The notes under the pieces are model-generated. The model saw only the letters and a program-made list of their open reading frames with translations. It did not search any database and was not told the origin of the DNA. A stretch of 64,000 bases of DNA from Patescibacteria group bacterium (GTDB lineage Bacteria; Patescibacteriota; Patescibacteriia; Patescibacteriales; UBA12465): NCBI GenBank assembly GCA_038245255.1, contig JBBRSQ010000001.1, positions 2,335 through 66,334 on the forward strand, read 5' to 3'. Both the position numbers and the translations under genes were made by a program. Positions 1-10,043 of this stretch are shown here, piece after piece. The first letter of the stretch is position 1, and each line of letters starts with the position of its first letter.

Positions 1-324
1 ATTATGGCGATTCTTTAAAATAACAGTTGTTGGAATAGCCGTTTTAGACCAATACATTTTTAAAAGTTTCTCCTGTTTTTTAGAAATGAAAACATAGCGT
101 TTAGCCATGGCTAAATCACGCACAAGAATTAAAATTGGTTTTTTAGGATCTCGTTTTTTTAAATGATAAATCTTTTTTATTGATCTGGTCTTATCAGCCA
201 GACAACTTAAACCATAAATAGTATCAGTTGGTAAAACAACCACTTGCCCGATTTGCAAAGAACCGACCACAAGATCAACGATGGCCGGTTTAATTCGAGT
301 TGGTTTTATTTCTACATGTGTCAT
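1..324 (-). CDS. tsaC: Threonylcarbamoyl-AMP synthase TsaC/Sua5 (runs off window start; not in ORF track)
   Basis: Manual translation from ATG at 324: MTHVEIKPTRIKPAIVDLVVGSLQIGQVVVLPTDTIYGLSCLAD...IYHLKKRDPKKP; PTDTxYGL and KxR..KP motifs. Confidence 0.85.
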   Translation of the reverse strand, partial: MTHVEIKPTRIKPAIVDLVVGSLQIGQVVVLPTDTIYGLSCLADKTRSIKKIYHLKKRDPKKPILILVRDLAMAKRYVFISKKQEKLLKMYWSKTAIPTTVILKNRHN

Positions 325-346
325 GTTTTTAAATGTTTCAGAAGAA

Positions 347-862
347 TTAAATAATCGACTTTAATAACTTAAGTGCTTCGGGCAAAATAGGTAAAATTAG
401 ATTTACTATCTTAAGTAAAAATGGAGAAATAATTGAACCAGTTAGTTGATCGCCAAAAAAGTTTCCAATAACTGCATAGCGCGATGCAACAAATAAAATT
501 AGGCCTAAACTTAAAGCTCCTTCAAAAAATCCTAAGCCAGCGCCGGCTAAATTATTAATATATTTACTCCCGGGAATAAAGGCTAATAAATTAAATATTT
601 TTTCAATTAATTTAAAGACTAGGTCCATTAAACTAGTCACGACTACAAATAAAATAATAAAAACTATAACCTTTCCAATTGCTTCATGATTACTAAAAAC
701 CTTGGCAACTAAAGTAAAAGCACTTAAATAAAAATGACTAGCAATATATGCCCCAATGATTAAACCAATCACATGACCAAGTAATCTAATTAATCCTTTA
801 AACAGACCATTTAAAGTATACGCAGCTAGAATTATAATTAAACTAATGTCGAAAATGGACAT
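347..862 (-). CDS. cvpA: CvpA family (colicin V production) membrane protein
   Basis: N-terminal D-xx-hydrophobic, GxxxG(LI)R, four TM segments, 'NNLAGAGLGFFEG' motif. Confidence 0.8.
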   Translation of the reverse strand: MSIFDISLIIILAAYTLNGLFKGLIRLLGHVIGLIIGAYIASHFYLSAFTLVAKVFSNHEAIGKVIVFIILFVVVTSLMDLVFKLIEKIFNLLAFIPGSKYINNLAGAGLGFFEGALSLGLILFVASRYAVIGNFFGDQLTGSIISPFLLKIVNLILPILPEALKLLKSII

Positions 863-867
863 ATATT

Positions 868-2316
868 TTATGATAATAAACGAGGAAATAAAGACTCCTC
901 TTTTTTAATTTGCGGATTCAAAAACTGGGCTTGTATTTTTTGGGCAGTTCCAGGAAGGAAAGGCTCAAGTAGATAAGCTAAATTTAGAATTGTTTGTGCT
1001 AAGGGACGTAAAACATTTTCAATCTCTGCTTTTTCTGCCATTTTCCAAGGCGCCTTTTGACTTAAATTCTCATCGCATAGTTTTATTTGTTCCCAAATTG
1101 TTTGAAGAGCCTCATTAAAACGATAAGATTCGAAACTTTCAGTGAATTGTTTAACCACCGCGGAAATTTCAGTATTCTCTAAATCTATTTTTAAATTAGT
1201 TGCAATCTCATTTTTTTCAAGTAGATTTGAAACTCTGGCAATAAGATTGCCAATTCCATTAGCTAAATCTGAATTATAGCGTGTTCGAAATTTTTCTTCA
1301 CTATAGTCGCCGTCTTCAAAGGGAGAAATTTCAGCGAGCAAATAATAACGAACTGCGTCAGTTCCATATTTTTCCACTAAATCATAAGGATCAACGACGT
1401 TGCCTAAGCTTTTGCTCATTTTTTGACCATCAGAAGTTAGAAATCCAAAAACCAAAACTTGCTTTGAATTAGCAAGGCCGGCCGACATTAACATTGCTTG
1501 CCACATCGCCGCTTGCGGACGTAGATTATCTTTTCCACACACTTGAACACCGGGCCAATAATTCTTAAAATTATCAGTGGCCTCAGGCCAGCCTAAAGTC
1601 GAAATATAATTAACCAAAGCATCAAACCAAACATACATTACTTGGCTTTCATCGCCGGGCACGGAGACTCCGTTAGGCATTTTTTCTTTCAATCTCGAAA
1701 TACTAAAATCCTGAAGTCCAGAACCTACAAAAGAACTTATTTCTTTAAGTCGGCTAGCTGGAATAACAAAGTTTGGATTATTCTTATAAAGTTCTAACAA
1801 TTTATCCTGGTATTTTGAAAACCTAAAAAAATAATTTTCTTCATTAATAATTTCGAGCTCTTGATTCGGATGGAGGGGGCAACAGCCATTAACTAATTCC
1901 GAATCCGTTTTTTCCATCTCACAACCGACACAGTATTTCACGGCATAACTTTTCTTATAAATGTCGCCACTTGAATCGCAACGACGCCAAAATTCTTGCG
2001 CAGCCTTTTTATGATCTTCGTCAGTTGTTCTAATAAATTTATTATAGGAAAGATTAAGTTTTTCCTTTAAAGGCAAAAATTTTGCAGAATAAATATCGCA
2101 ATATTCCTTAATACTAATACCCATTTCTTGAGCTTTTTGAAAAATCTTCAAACCGTGCTCGTCGGTTCCGGTATTAAAAAAAACAATAGCGCCTCTTTGC
2201 GCTTCAAAGCGGGCAATGACGTCCGCTTTAATAATTTCAGCAGCAAAACCGATGTGCGGCGCTGAATTAATATATGGTAAAGTTGTTGTTATATAGTAGT
2301 ATTTTTTTTCTGGCAT
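868..2316 (-). CDS. metG: Methionine--tRNA ligase (short form)
   Basis: [32 protein letters not shown]. Confidence 0.95.
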   Translation of the reverse strand: MPEKKYYYITTTLPYINSAPHIGFAAEIIKADVIARFEAQRGAIVFFNTGTDEHGLKIFQKAQEMGISIKEYCDIYSAKFLPLKEKLNLSYNKFIRTTDEDHKKAAQEFWRRCDSSGDIYKKSYAVKYCVGCEMEKTDSELVNGCCPLHPNQELEIINEENYFFRFSKYQDKLLELYKNNPNFVIPASRLKEISSFVGSGLQDFSISRLKEKMPNGVSVPGDESQVMYVWFDALVNYISTLGWPEATDNFKNYWPGVQVCGKDNLRPQAAMWQAMLMSAGLANSKQVLVFGFLTSDGQKMSKSLGNVVDPYDLVEKYGTDAVRYYLLAEISPFEDGDYSEEKFRTRYNSDLANGIGNLIARVSNLLEKNEIATNLKIDLENTEISAVVKQFTESFESYRFNEALQTIWEQIKLCDENLSQKAPWKMAEKAEIENVLRPLAQTILNLAYLLEPFLPGTAQKIQAQFLNPQIKKEESLFPRLLS

Positions 2317-2318
2317 AT

Positions 2319-3005
2319 TTATAATTTTTTTATCAAAACCACAAATTCTCCTTTTAAATTTGTCGGCTTCAGTTTAATTTCACTTAAAACACTTTTTGCA
2401 CTACCAACATAAAATGATTCAAACATTTTAGTAAGTTCACGGGCTACCATAACGCTCAATTCGGTTTCCCCGCGGACAATTTCTAATTCTTCAAGTAACT
2501 TAACGATTCGATGTTTAGATTCATAAAGAACAACTGGATAATTGCTACTTAAAATTTCTTTTAACATAGTTTGTCTCCCTTTTTTATTCGGTAAAAAACC
2601 TAAAAAAAGAAATCGATCGAAGCCGACGCCACTAATTGAAATCGCCGCTCCGAGAGCCGAAACCCCAGGGACACTTTCAATTAAAACTTTATCCCCGAAC
2701 TCTGCCCGAACGAGCGAAACAAGCTTCCCTCCTGGATCCGATATCCCGGGAGTGCCCGCATCGGTAACGAGTGCTAAATTTTTACCTTCGCGCAGCAATG
2801 TAATAATCTTATCAGTTTTCAATTCGCCTGAATGCTGATGGTAAGAAATAGTCGGAGTTTTTACGTCATAATGATTTAATAATTTCTGCGTAACACGTGT
2901 GTCTTCGCATAAAATAGCGTCGGATTCCTTCAAAGTTCTTAAAGCCCGGAAAGTTAAATCCTCAAGATTTCCAATTGGAGTAGCGACAATGCGTAATATA
3001 CTCAT
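2319..3005 (-). CDS. rsmI: 16S rRNA C1402 2'-O-methyltransferase (start probably 3005)
   Basis: [36 protein letters not shown]. Confidence 0.93.
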   Translation of the reverse strand: MSILRIVATPIGNLEDLTFRALRTLKESDAILCEDTRVTQKLLNHYDVKTPTISYHQHSGELKTDKIITLLREGKNLALVTDAGTPGISDPGGKLVSLVRAEFGDKVLIESVPGVSALGAAISISGVGFDRFLFLGFLPNKKGRQTMLKEILSSNYPVVLYESKHRIVKLLEELEIVRGETELSVMVARELTKMFESFYVGSAKSVLSEIKLKPTNLKGEFVVLIKKL

Positions 3006-3009
3006 ATAA

Positions 3010-4737
3010 TTATTCCATGTTTTCTCTGCGTTCACGGACATATTTAGTCCAATCTTCAGCGATTTCGACTAAAATCTTAAATGGTGCCTCAAGAATGAAA
3101 TCAAAAATAAATATAAATACATTAATCTTTGAAACATTGTTTGATAACCACTTGCCAACTAAAATTATCGGCATGTAAAACAAATCGATAATAAAAGTAA
3201 ACAAATTCTCTCTTTTTTCGACAATTAAAAGGTCTTTAACGCCTTTGGTAACAATGATGCTAAAAAAGCTAACAAAGGCCAAGAAGAATAAGAATATCGT
3301 TATACTAACCCAATTAAAGTTAATAATTAGTAAAAGTTTAATAATTAAATAAATTGAAACTGTAAAGGAAGCCGCATAAATTAAACTAAATATCGCGCTA
3401 ATAAAGCCTTTACGCCCAACTGGCTTGCGTAAAGTAATCGGTTGTTTTTTTTCATTTCCAACAAAAGCAATTTCCTTAATTCCATTTATAATTTTGTCGG
3501 TATTATCCTCCTGTGGAGTTCTGGTTAAAAGAACGATAAAAAATAGAAGAACGGCTGGAAAAGAGATATTAATTCCTAGTGCGAATATATTTAAAGGCTC
3601 ATGAAACCAATTAATGGCCGGAAGCTCAATTGCAATTGCAAAAATAGATTTCGTTAAAAAAATATAAATAATGCTTCGAATGGCGGCGCGCCATAGTTTT
3701 CCTTTGGCCTTTTTATATTTTAAATTACATATTTTTCTAACACTAGCAATAAAATTCTTTTCGCTTTTCTGAAGCTCACCATAAACTTTCGTCGGATCAC
3801 TCTCAATTGTTTCCGCTAAGACTGTGAAATAAAGCGCATAAACCTGTACTAGTTTATCAAGTTGGCGCGTTAAAGGATGATTCAGCTGTACTTTAACTAT
3901 AGCATTAAGTTCGTGCATCTTTGCGGCAATCGCTTTTATTTTTTTATCATCATCAGCGTCTAAAACATCTTTATCACGTAAATCAATCCAATCGCTATTA
4001 TAATATTTAAATAAGACAAAACCGAGCATGTCTTCGTCTAGTTTTAAATAGGTTCGACCAATACTCAAATAAATTTGAATATCCAAATCATCGCCATAAG
4101 GCAAATCAGCTGGCAATTTAATATCTCTAACTAGGGTATCAAAAAGGTTATTTACAATTATCTGTTTAACGCGGTTAGGCGCAAGATTCTCTTCAATTTC
4201 GCAAGCTGCTAAAGTTAAAAGCCAAGTGACTAAATGATTTTTTTCATTAATTAAATCTTTCGCCCTATTAATATCAGTCTTCAGACTGAGTGAGGCATTA
4301 ATTTTCAAAACCATCTGATCCTTCAGGCGAATGTATTTTTCCAGTAAAACTGCAATTTCCCGTAGCTTTGTTTCTGGTATTTTATTGTTCGGCAAATAAC
4401 TAGCTCTAATAAGCTCAACCAGCAAGTGGTTGGCGATACCAACACTGTCAGTTTCTCTAACGACGCCTTCAATCATTACCTGCCGACGCAGAATCCGAGC
4501 TATCGCATTTTTACGAAGCAGATGTTCTTCTTCATAGTCAACAGCATTACGAACCTTTTCATAAAAAAAAGCCACCCGTGAAATTATCGTCGAAACTTTA
4601 ATTTTCGTGATATCATCAAAGAGTTGTTCTTTAATATTTTGTTCGCTGTAGATTACTTGAAAAAGTTTTTTTGTGTTCTCATTAATCTCCACCGGTTGCA
4701 AATCTTCGGCTCTTTTAATTAGATTTGGGCTAACCAT
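3010..4737 (-). CDS. Conserved hypothetical membrane protein (large soluble N-terminus, C-terminal TM helices)
   Basis: 575-aa ORF; 'YEKVRNAVDYEEEHLLRKNAI' block; hydrophobic C-terminal third. Confidence 0.7.
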   Translation of the reverse strand: MVSPNLIKRAEDLQPVEINENTKKLFQVIYSEQNIKEQLFDDITKIKVSTIISRVAFFYEKVRNAVDYEEEHLLRKNAIARILRRQVMIEGVVRETDSVGIANHLLVELIRASYLPNNKIPETKLREIAVLLEKYIRLKDQMVLKINASLSLKTDINRAKDLINEKNHLVTWLLTLAACEIEENLAPNRVKQIIVNNLFDTLVRDIKLPADLPYGDDLDIQIYLSIGRTYLKLDEDMLGFVLFKYYNSDWIDLRDKDVLDADDDKKIKAIAAKMHELNAIVKVQLNHPLTRQLDKLVQVYALYFTVLAETIESDPTKVYGELQKSEKNFIASVRKICNLKYKKAKGKLWRAAIRSIIYIFLTKSIFAIAIELPAINWFHEPLNIFALGINISFPAVLLFFIVLLTRTPQEDNTDKIINGIKEIAFVGNEKKQPITLRKPVGRKGFISAIFSLIYAASFTVSIYLIIKLLLIINFNWVSITIFLFFLAFVSFFSIIVTKGVKDLLIVEKRENLFTFIIDLFYMPIILVGKWLSNNVSKINVFIFIFDFILEAPFKILVEIAEDWTKYVRERRENME

Positions 4738-4808
4738 ATAAAAAATCTGCTAATTTCTTAACAATATTATTGTATCGTGTTTATGGTCAAAAGGCAACTG
4801 ACTAGAAC

Positions 4809-4837
4809 TTGACATCTTGCTCCTTATTTTGTATTAT
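4809..4837 (+). promoter_or_regulatory. sigma70 promoter for secE-nusG-rplK-rplA
   Basis: TTGACA (4809-14), 17 nt, TATTAT (4832-37). Confidence 0.75.
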
Positions 4838-4892
4838 TATTATAGTTAAATGAGATGACCGACGAGGTCATTTTTAAATACCAATCAAGAAT

Positions 4893-5078
4893 ATGAACAA
4901 ATTAAGTAATTACATTAGAGAGTCGATTATCGAGATGAAAAAAGTCACCTGGCCGACTCAAAAAGAAACTCGAAACTATACTATTTTAGTAATCGGAATC
5001 AGTATTGGCGTCGCTTTATTCTTAGGCCTTTTAGATTTTATCTTCACGACTGCCTTTCAATATTTTCTTACTAGATAA
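4893..5078 (+). CDS. secE: Preprotein translocase subunit SecE
   Basis: EMKKVTWP motif plus one TM; upstream of nusG. Confidence 0.95.
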   Translation: MNKLSNYIRESIIEMKKVTWPTQKETRNYTILVIGISIGVALFLGLLDFIFTTAFQYFLTR

Positions 5079-5122
5079 TAAAAAATTAATCGTTCTTAAA
5101 TTCACAAATTTATTACAAATTT

Positions 5123-5668
5123 ATGGCCAAGCAATTATTAAATCAAGGCCGACGTTGGTACGTTATCCACACTTATTCTGGATACGAAGAGAATGTCGCA
5201 CAAAACCTAAAACAGAGAGTAGAATCTCTGGATATGGAAGACAAAATTTTTAACATTCTGATTCCAACTGAAAAGAAAATTAAAATCAAAAATGGCAAAC
5301 GTAAAGTAGTTGAAGAAAAAATCTTTCCGGGCTATATTCTCGTAGAAATGATGGTTACTGATGAGTCCTGGTATATTGTAAGAAACACCCCTAATGTTAC
5401 GGGTTTTATTGGAACAGGCACTATCCCGACGCCAATTGGCGAGGCCGAAGTTAAAGCCTTGCAAAAAAGAATGGGCGTTGAGGATCCGAAGTTCCAAATC
5501 GATGTCGTTATTGGTAGTCCCGTCCGCATTAATGAAGGTCCATTTAAAAACATGGAAGGTAAAGTTACTTCAGTTGATGAAGCTAAGGGCAAGGTTAAGG
5601 TTTCTGTTTCCCTTTTCGGTCGAGAAACACCAGTCGAATTAGATTTTCTCCAAATTAAAAAAGTTTAA
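5123..5668 (+). CDS. nusG: Transcription termination/antitermination factor NusG
   Basis: [29 protein letters not shown]. Confidence 0.98.
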   Translation: MAKQLLNQGRRWYVIHTYSGYEENVAQNLKQRVESLDMEDKIFNILIPTEKKIKIKNGKRKVVEEKIFPGYILVEMMVTDESWYIVRNTPNVTGFIGTGTIPTPIGEAEVKALQKRMGVEDPKFQIDVVIGSPVRINEGPFKNMEGKVTSVDEAKGKVKVSVSLFGRETPVELDFLQIKKV

Positions 5669-5709
5669 CAAATAGCGAACGATGCTTCTGCGCTCGCACA
5701 AATTATTAT

Positions 5710-6132
5710 ATGGCAAAAAAAATAAAGACAAAAATTAAATTGCAAATCGCTGGCGGCCAAGCTAACCCAGCTCCTCCAGTCGGTCCAGCTTTAGGACAGC
5801 ACGGCCTTAATATTGCTGAATTCTGTAAGAGTTTCAATGATAAAACTAAGGACAAAATGGGTGATATTATTCCTGTTGAAATCACTGTTTATGAAGACAG
5901 AACTTATGATTTTATCCTTAAAACTTCCCCTGCTTCAGAATTGATTAAAAAAGCGGCCGGAATTAAAAAAGGATCAGGTAAGCCTCTAACCGAAAAAGTC
6001 GGTTCAATTACTAAAGCCCAGCTAGAAGAAATCGCAAAAACTAAAATGCCTGATTTAAGCGCTAATGACCTCGAAGCTGCTAAAAGCATCATTGCGGGCA
6101 CGGCTCGACAAATGGGTGTTGATATTAAATAA
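5710..6132 (+). CDS. rplK: 50S ribosomal protein L11
   Basis: [22 protein letters not shown]. Confidence 0.98.
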   Translation: MAKKIKTKIKLQIAGGQANPAPPVGPALGQHGLNIAEFCKSFNDKTKDKMGDIIPVEITVYEDRTYDFILKTSPASELIKKAAGIKKGSGKPLTEKVGSITKAQLEEIAKTKMPDLSANDLEAAKSIIAGTARQMGVDIK

Positions 6133-6141
6133 TAAAATAAT

Positions 6142-6187
6142 TGTGGGAGTTGGCTCTGCTTAAGCAGTCAGCGAACGTTAAACCACG
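6142..6187 (+). promoter_or_regulatory. Putative L1-binding autoregulatory leader between rplK and rplA
   Basis: GTGGGAG...hairpin...AACCAC architecture typical of L1 mRNA target sites at this position. Confidence 0.6.
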
Positions 6188-6195
6188 ACAACATT

Positions 6196-6939
6196 ATGGC
6201 CAAGAAAGAAATAGTTGCTAAGGTGGCAAAAAAAACTTCAAAAAAAGATGAAAAAAAGATTGTAAAAGTTATAAAAAAAGTTGATAACTCGACAGTTTAT
6301 GATCGCTTAAAAAGCTACACGATTGATGAAGCCTTAGAAATAGTAAAAAAACTAACAAAGACTAAATTTGACGCCTCAGTCGAGGTGCATTTCCGTCTTG
6401 GAATAAATACTAAAAAAGGTGATCAACAGGTTCGTGGAGCTGTTAGCTTGCCTAACGGAACCGGTAAAACCGTTAAAGTCGCCGCTTTTGTTTCCCCGGA
6501 AAATGAAAAAGCAGCTAAGGCGGCTGGAGCTGATTTTGTTGGTGGGGATGATTTAATCGCTGAAATTAAAAAAAGTGAAAAAACTGACTTTCAAGTCGCA
6601 ATTGCCGAACCATTAATGATGAAAAATTTAGCCGTTATCGCTAAAATCCTTGGTACACGCGGATTAATGCCTTCACCAAAAAATGATACTGTAACGACTA
6701 ACCCAGCAAAAGCGATTGAGGAGTTAAAGAAAGGAAAAATTAGCTTTAAAAATGATGATACCGCTAATGTTCATACCGTTATCGGCAAAGTTAGCTTTGA
6801 TACAAAAAAATTAATTGAAAATTACCAAACTCTACTTGATACAATTAAAAAATCAAAACCGGCTTCTTCAAAAGGAACATTTATTAAAAACATCAGTATT
6901 GCCTCATCAATGAGCGCGGGTGTAAAAGTTCTCTTGTAA
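6196..6939 (+). CDS. rplA: 50S ribosomal protein L1 (Lys-rich N-terminal extension)
   Basis: KFDASVEVH, DQQVRG, LPNGTGK, LGTRGLMPSPK. Confidence 0.97.
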   Translation: MAKKEIVAKVAKKTSKKDEKKIVKVIKKVDNSTVYDRLKSYTIDEALEIVKKLTKTKFDASVEVHFRLGINTKKGDQQVRGAVSLPNGTGKTVKVAAFVSPENEKAAKAAGADFVGGDDLIAEIKKSEKTDFQVAIAEPLMMKNLAVIAKILGTRGLMPSPKNDTVTTNPAKAIEELKKGKISFKNDDTANVHTVIGKVSFDTKKLIENYQTLLDTIKKSKPASSKGTFIKNISIASSMSAGVKVLL

Positions 6940-6955
6940 TCTTCTATATTTATCT

Positions 6956-6986
6956 AAAAACAGGGCTCTTGGGCCCTGTTTTTTTT
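6956..6986 (+). terminator. Rho-independent terminator after rplA
   Basis: AAAAACAGGGC / GCCCTGTTTTT stem followed by T-run. Confidence 0.85.
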
Positions 6987-7039
6987 GGAAAATACTGAAA
7001 TTTTCTGATAAATAACTTAGGTATTGAAAGCCAAAACTA

Positions 7040-7068
7040 TTGACTTTAGGCTTAAAATCCGATATAAT
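7040..7068 (+). promoter_or_regulatory. sigma70 promoter for RRM gene
   Basis: TTGACT, 17 nt, TATAAT. Confidence 0.75.
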
Positions 7069-7127
7069 CTTTTCTAGGTAAGCTAGGTCGGCTTACGTTT
7101 AATAAAATAAGTAAAAAAGCAAACAAA

Positions 7128-7385
7128 ATGAAAAAGTTATTTATCGGCGGCTTGTCATTCAAGACGACCGAACAAGGATTAGCGGATGCATTCGCTAAAG
7201 CAGGAACAGTTTTATCTGCCGTTATTATTTCTGATCGTATGACTCATCGCTCAAAAGGCTTTGGCTTCGTCGAAATGGAAAATGACGATGATGCTGAAAA
7301 TGCAATCGCCATGTATAACAACAAGGAATTAGATGGACGCAATGTCGTTGTTAACGAAGCTCGTCCTCTAGAAAAGAGATTCTAA
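7128..7385 (+). CDS. RRM-domain RNA-binding protein
   Basis: RNP2 LFIGGL, RNP1 KGFGFVEM, VNEARP. Confidence 0.95.
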   Translation: MKKLFIGGLSFKTTEQGLADAFAKAGTVLSAVIISDRMTHRSKGFGFVEMENDDDAENAIAMYNNKELDGRNVVVNEARPLEKRF

Positions 7386-7409
7386 TCAACTCTATTCAAA
7401 TTGAAAATA

Positions 7410-7440
7410 AAAAAAATACTCCTATTTGGAGTATTTTTTT
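7410..7440. terminator. Bidirectional terminator between RRM gene and iscU
   Basis: AAAAAAATACTCC-TATTT-GGAGTATTTTTTT between convergent genes. Confidence 0.85.
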
Positions 7441-7445
7441 GTTTT

Positions 7446-7958
7446 TTATTTCTTAGTAACTGTTTCTCTTTTTTTTACTGGCACGGTTTTTGCTTTTGTC
7501 GGAGTTTTTTTTACACTTTTCACGGCCTTTTTCGCTTTTATCCCTGTCTTTTTTGTTTTTACAGGATTACTTAAATAAACCGGCACTAGCCTGCTTTCAT
7601 AATCAGCGATGGCTTTTTGAAGTCCCTGGACGGCCATTACAGAACAATGGACTTTTTGTTGTGGTAAACCACCAAGCTCAGATACAACTTTTTGCCATTT
7701 ATATTTCTTTGCTTGATCAATGGTCATCCCTTTGACTTTTTCAGTCATAATTGAAGCAGTCGCAATATTTGAAGCACAACCAAATGATAAAAATTTTACA
7801 TCTTTAATTCTCCCCTTTTCAACTTTCAAGAAAAAATCAAGCTGGTCACCGCAAACCATATTCCCAATTTGTGCATAACCATCCGGTTTTTTCATTTCTC
7901 CGATATTCTGAGGCTTCAGAAAATGATTAATTGTTTTTTTTGTATAATTTAACGCCAT
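7446..7958 (-). CDS. iscU: Fe-S cluster scaffold IscU/NifU-N with basic C-terminal tail
   Basis: HFLKPQNIG, GNMVCGD, FGCASNIA, KVHCS. Confidence 0.92.
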   Translation of the reverse strand: MALNYTKKTINHFLKPQNIGEMKKPDGYAQIGNMVCGDQLDFFLKVEKGRIKDVKFLSFGCASNIATASIMTEKVKGMTIDQAKKYKWQKVVSELGGLPQQKVHCSVMAVQGLQKAIADYESRLVPVYLSNPVKTKKTGIKAKKAVKSVKKTPTKAKTVPVKKRETVTKK

Positions 7959-7992
7959 ATATTTTATTTATGTTTTTTAAATTTTATCTAAT

Positions 7993-9144
7993 TTATTTAA
8001 TCGGACTAAAACTTCGCAGTCTTTTAACGGTATCCTTTAAACATTTAATAGTATAGTCTATTTCTTTCTTAGTGTTATATCTGCCAAGTGAAAAACGGAT
8101 ATTACTATTTAAGAAATTTTTATTTAGACCAATCGCTGATAAAACAGTTGAAGCGCGTAAATTTGTTGCTGAACATGCTGAACCGGTTGAAACACAAATC
8201 CCTTTATATGATAAGTCCATTAATATCGCTTCCCCTTCAATTGAGCCAAACATCACATTTAAATTTGCCGGAACTCTTTTAATAGCCGAACCATTTAATT
8301 TAACTCCGGAAATTTCCTTTTGCATTTGTTTCCAAAAATAATCCTTCAAAATTTTTATTTTTTTTAAATATGTAGTTCTTTCTTTATAAGCTAACTCAAG
8401 CGCACTAACGGCGCCAATAATTCCGGGCATGTTATACGTTCCGGCTCTGACCCCGTTTTCTTGTCCACCGCCAATTATAAGCGGCTTAATTTTGATTCCT
8501 TTACCGATATAAGCAATCCCAACCCCCTTTGGACCATAAAATTTATGAGCCGAAAGACTCAGCAAATCAATGCCCATTTTCTTGATATCGATTTGTAAAT
8601 ACGGAATAGCTTGGACGGCATCAGTATGAAAATAGGCGCCGAATTTATGAGCAATTTTAGCCAGTGCGCTAATATCTTGAATAGTACCAATTTCATTATT
8701 AACCATCATAACCGAAACCAAAACGGTTTCTTTATCGATTATTTTCTCGAGCGCTTCGGGGCTCACAATCCCTTCCGCATTAACAGGCGCAAATTCAACC
8801 GTAAAACCGGCGCGAGTAAGTTCATTGGCCGACTCTTTAACACAAGGATGTTCAATATTTGAAATAATTATCTTTTTACCCTTATTTTGATTAGCCAGCG
8901 CTACACCTTTAACTATTAAGTTATTTGATTCGGTTGCACTTGATGTAAATATTACGCTTTCAGACTCGCCACCTAAAAGCTTAGCGACTCGTTCTTTTGC
9001 GTCCTGAAGGGCTATAAAGGCCTCCTGTCCTAAAGAATGAATAGAAGAGGCGTTTCCATACTTTTCAAGGAAATAAGGCTTCATTTTTGCCAATATTCTC
9101 TCGTCGAGACGAGTGGTCGCCGCATTATCTAAATATACTTTCAT
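7993..9144 (-). CDS. iscS: Cysteine desulfurase (IscS/NifS type)
   Basis: YLDNAATT, HTDAVQ, SAHKFYGPKG, STGSACS. Confidence 0.95.
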   Translation of the reverse strand: MKVYLDNAATTRLDERILAKMKPYFLEKYGNASSIHSLGQEAFIALQDAKERVAKLLGGESESVIFTSSATESNNLIVKGVALANQNKGKKIIISNIEHPCVKESANELTRAGFTVEFAPVNAEGIVSPEALEKIIDKETVLVSVMMVNNEIGTIQDISALAKIAHKFGAYFHTDAVQAIPYLQIDIKKMGIDLLSLSAHKFYGPKGVGIAYIGKGIKIKPLIIGGGQENGVRAGTYNMPGIIGAVSALELAYKERTTYLKKIKILKDYFWKQMQKEISGVKLNGSAIKRVPANLNVMFGSIEGEAILMDLSYKGICVSTGSACSATNLRASTVLSAIGLNKNFLNSNIRFSLGRYNTKKEIDYTIKCLKDTVKRLRSFSPIK

Positions 9145-9261
9145 ATCTTAAATTATATAATTTTTAGTGATTTAAACTATAACAAATTTATCACTATGTG
9201 TCCATTATATACGCAAAGATATAAAATTAAAATATTGAAAAATAAAATTATCTGAGTCCAA

Positions 9262-9290
9262 ACAAAAACCCGCTATAAACGGGTTTTTGT
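9262..9290 (-). terminator. Terminator after cyclophilin gene
   Basis: ACAAAAACCCG / CGGGTTTTTGT inverted repeat. Confidence 0.75.
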
Positions 9291-9311
9291 GTGGAAAACA
9301 TTTTAATTTTT

Positions 9312-10037
9312 TTACTTGAGAAGTTCAATACTATTAATTACAATATCAGTTGTCGGCCGATCATTGACGCCCGTTTCTTCCGCTTCAATTTTTTTAACAA
9401 CATCTAGTCCTGCGATAACTTGCCCAAAGTTTGTGTGCTTGCCATCAAGCCACGGGGTTTCCGGAATAGTAACTATAAAGAATTGGGAACCATTAGTATT
9501 TGAACCGGAGTTAGCCATTGCTAAACTACCAAGAACGAGTTTATGGGCATTAAATTCATCCTTAAACTGATAACCAGGACCGCCAGTTCCCCAGGCAGCT
9601 GAATTAGATTCTTTACTTAACGGATCACCACCTTGAATCATAAAATCTTTAATAATTCTATGAAATTTAGTTCCATTATAAAATCCTGATTTAGCTAAAT
9701 TTAAAAAATTATTAACTGTTACTGGCGATTCATTTGCATAAAACTTGACCGTTATATTTCCATCAGTGGTTTTTATAATTGCTTGTGAATAAGTTTTTAA
9801 TAAATCTTCTTGTTTGTCAGGGCTTAACATAATAGTATTATTTTGAACCGGAGCCTCAGTTGCAATTGTTTGACTAACTTCATTCGTCGCAACGCTCATA
9901 TCCGGTACGGAAATTGTGTTTTCCGCTAAATTAGAATTAATAGTGTTTTGATCTTTAATGGTCGCAGTCTGGCTTGTACAAGCTGAGACGCTAAAGGCAA
10001 TTAATAATATTGCGCTAAATAACAGAATTTTCTTCAT
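9312..10037 (-). CDS. Cyclophilin-type peptidyl-prolyl isomerase with lipoprotein-like signal
   Basis: FHRIIKDFMIQGGDP, NGSQFFI, WLDGKHT; N-terminal VSAC lipobox-like. Confidence 0.93.
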   Translation of the reverse strand: MKKILLFSAILLIAFSVSACTSQTATIKDQNTINSNLAENTISVPDMSVATNEVSQTIATEAPVQNNTIMLSPDKQEDLLKTYSQAIIKTTDGNITVKFYANESPVTVNNFLNLAKSGFYNGTKFHRIIKDFMIQGGDPLSKESNSAAWGTGGPGYQFKDEFNAHKLVLGSLAMANSGSNTNGSQFFIVTIPETPWLDGKHTNFGQVIAGLDVVKKIEAEETGVNDRPTTDIVINSIELLK

Positions 10038-10043
10038 AGTTTT

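Noticed and set aside
868-2316. MetRS HIGF in place of HIGH
   Set aside because: Single substitution in an otherwise intact enzyme; probably a lineage variant.
4850-4875. Hairpin ATGACC-GACGA-GGTCAT before secE as a tRNA-Trp remnant
   Set aside because: Too short, with no T- or D-arm; at most a 5' stabilising hairpin.
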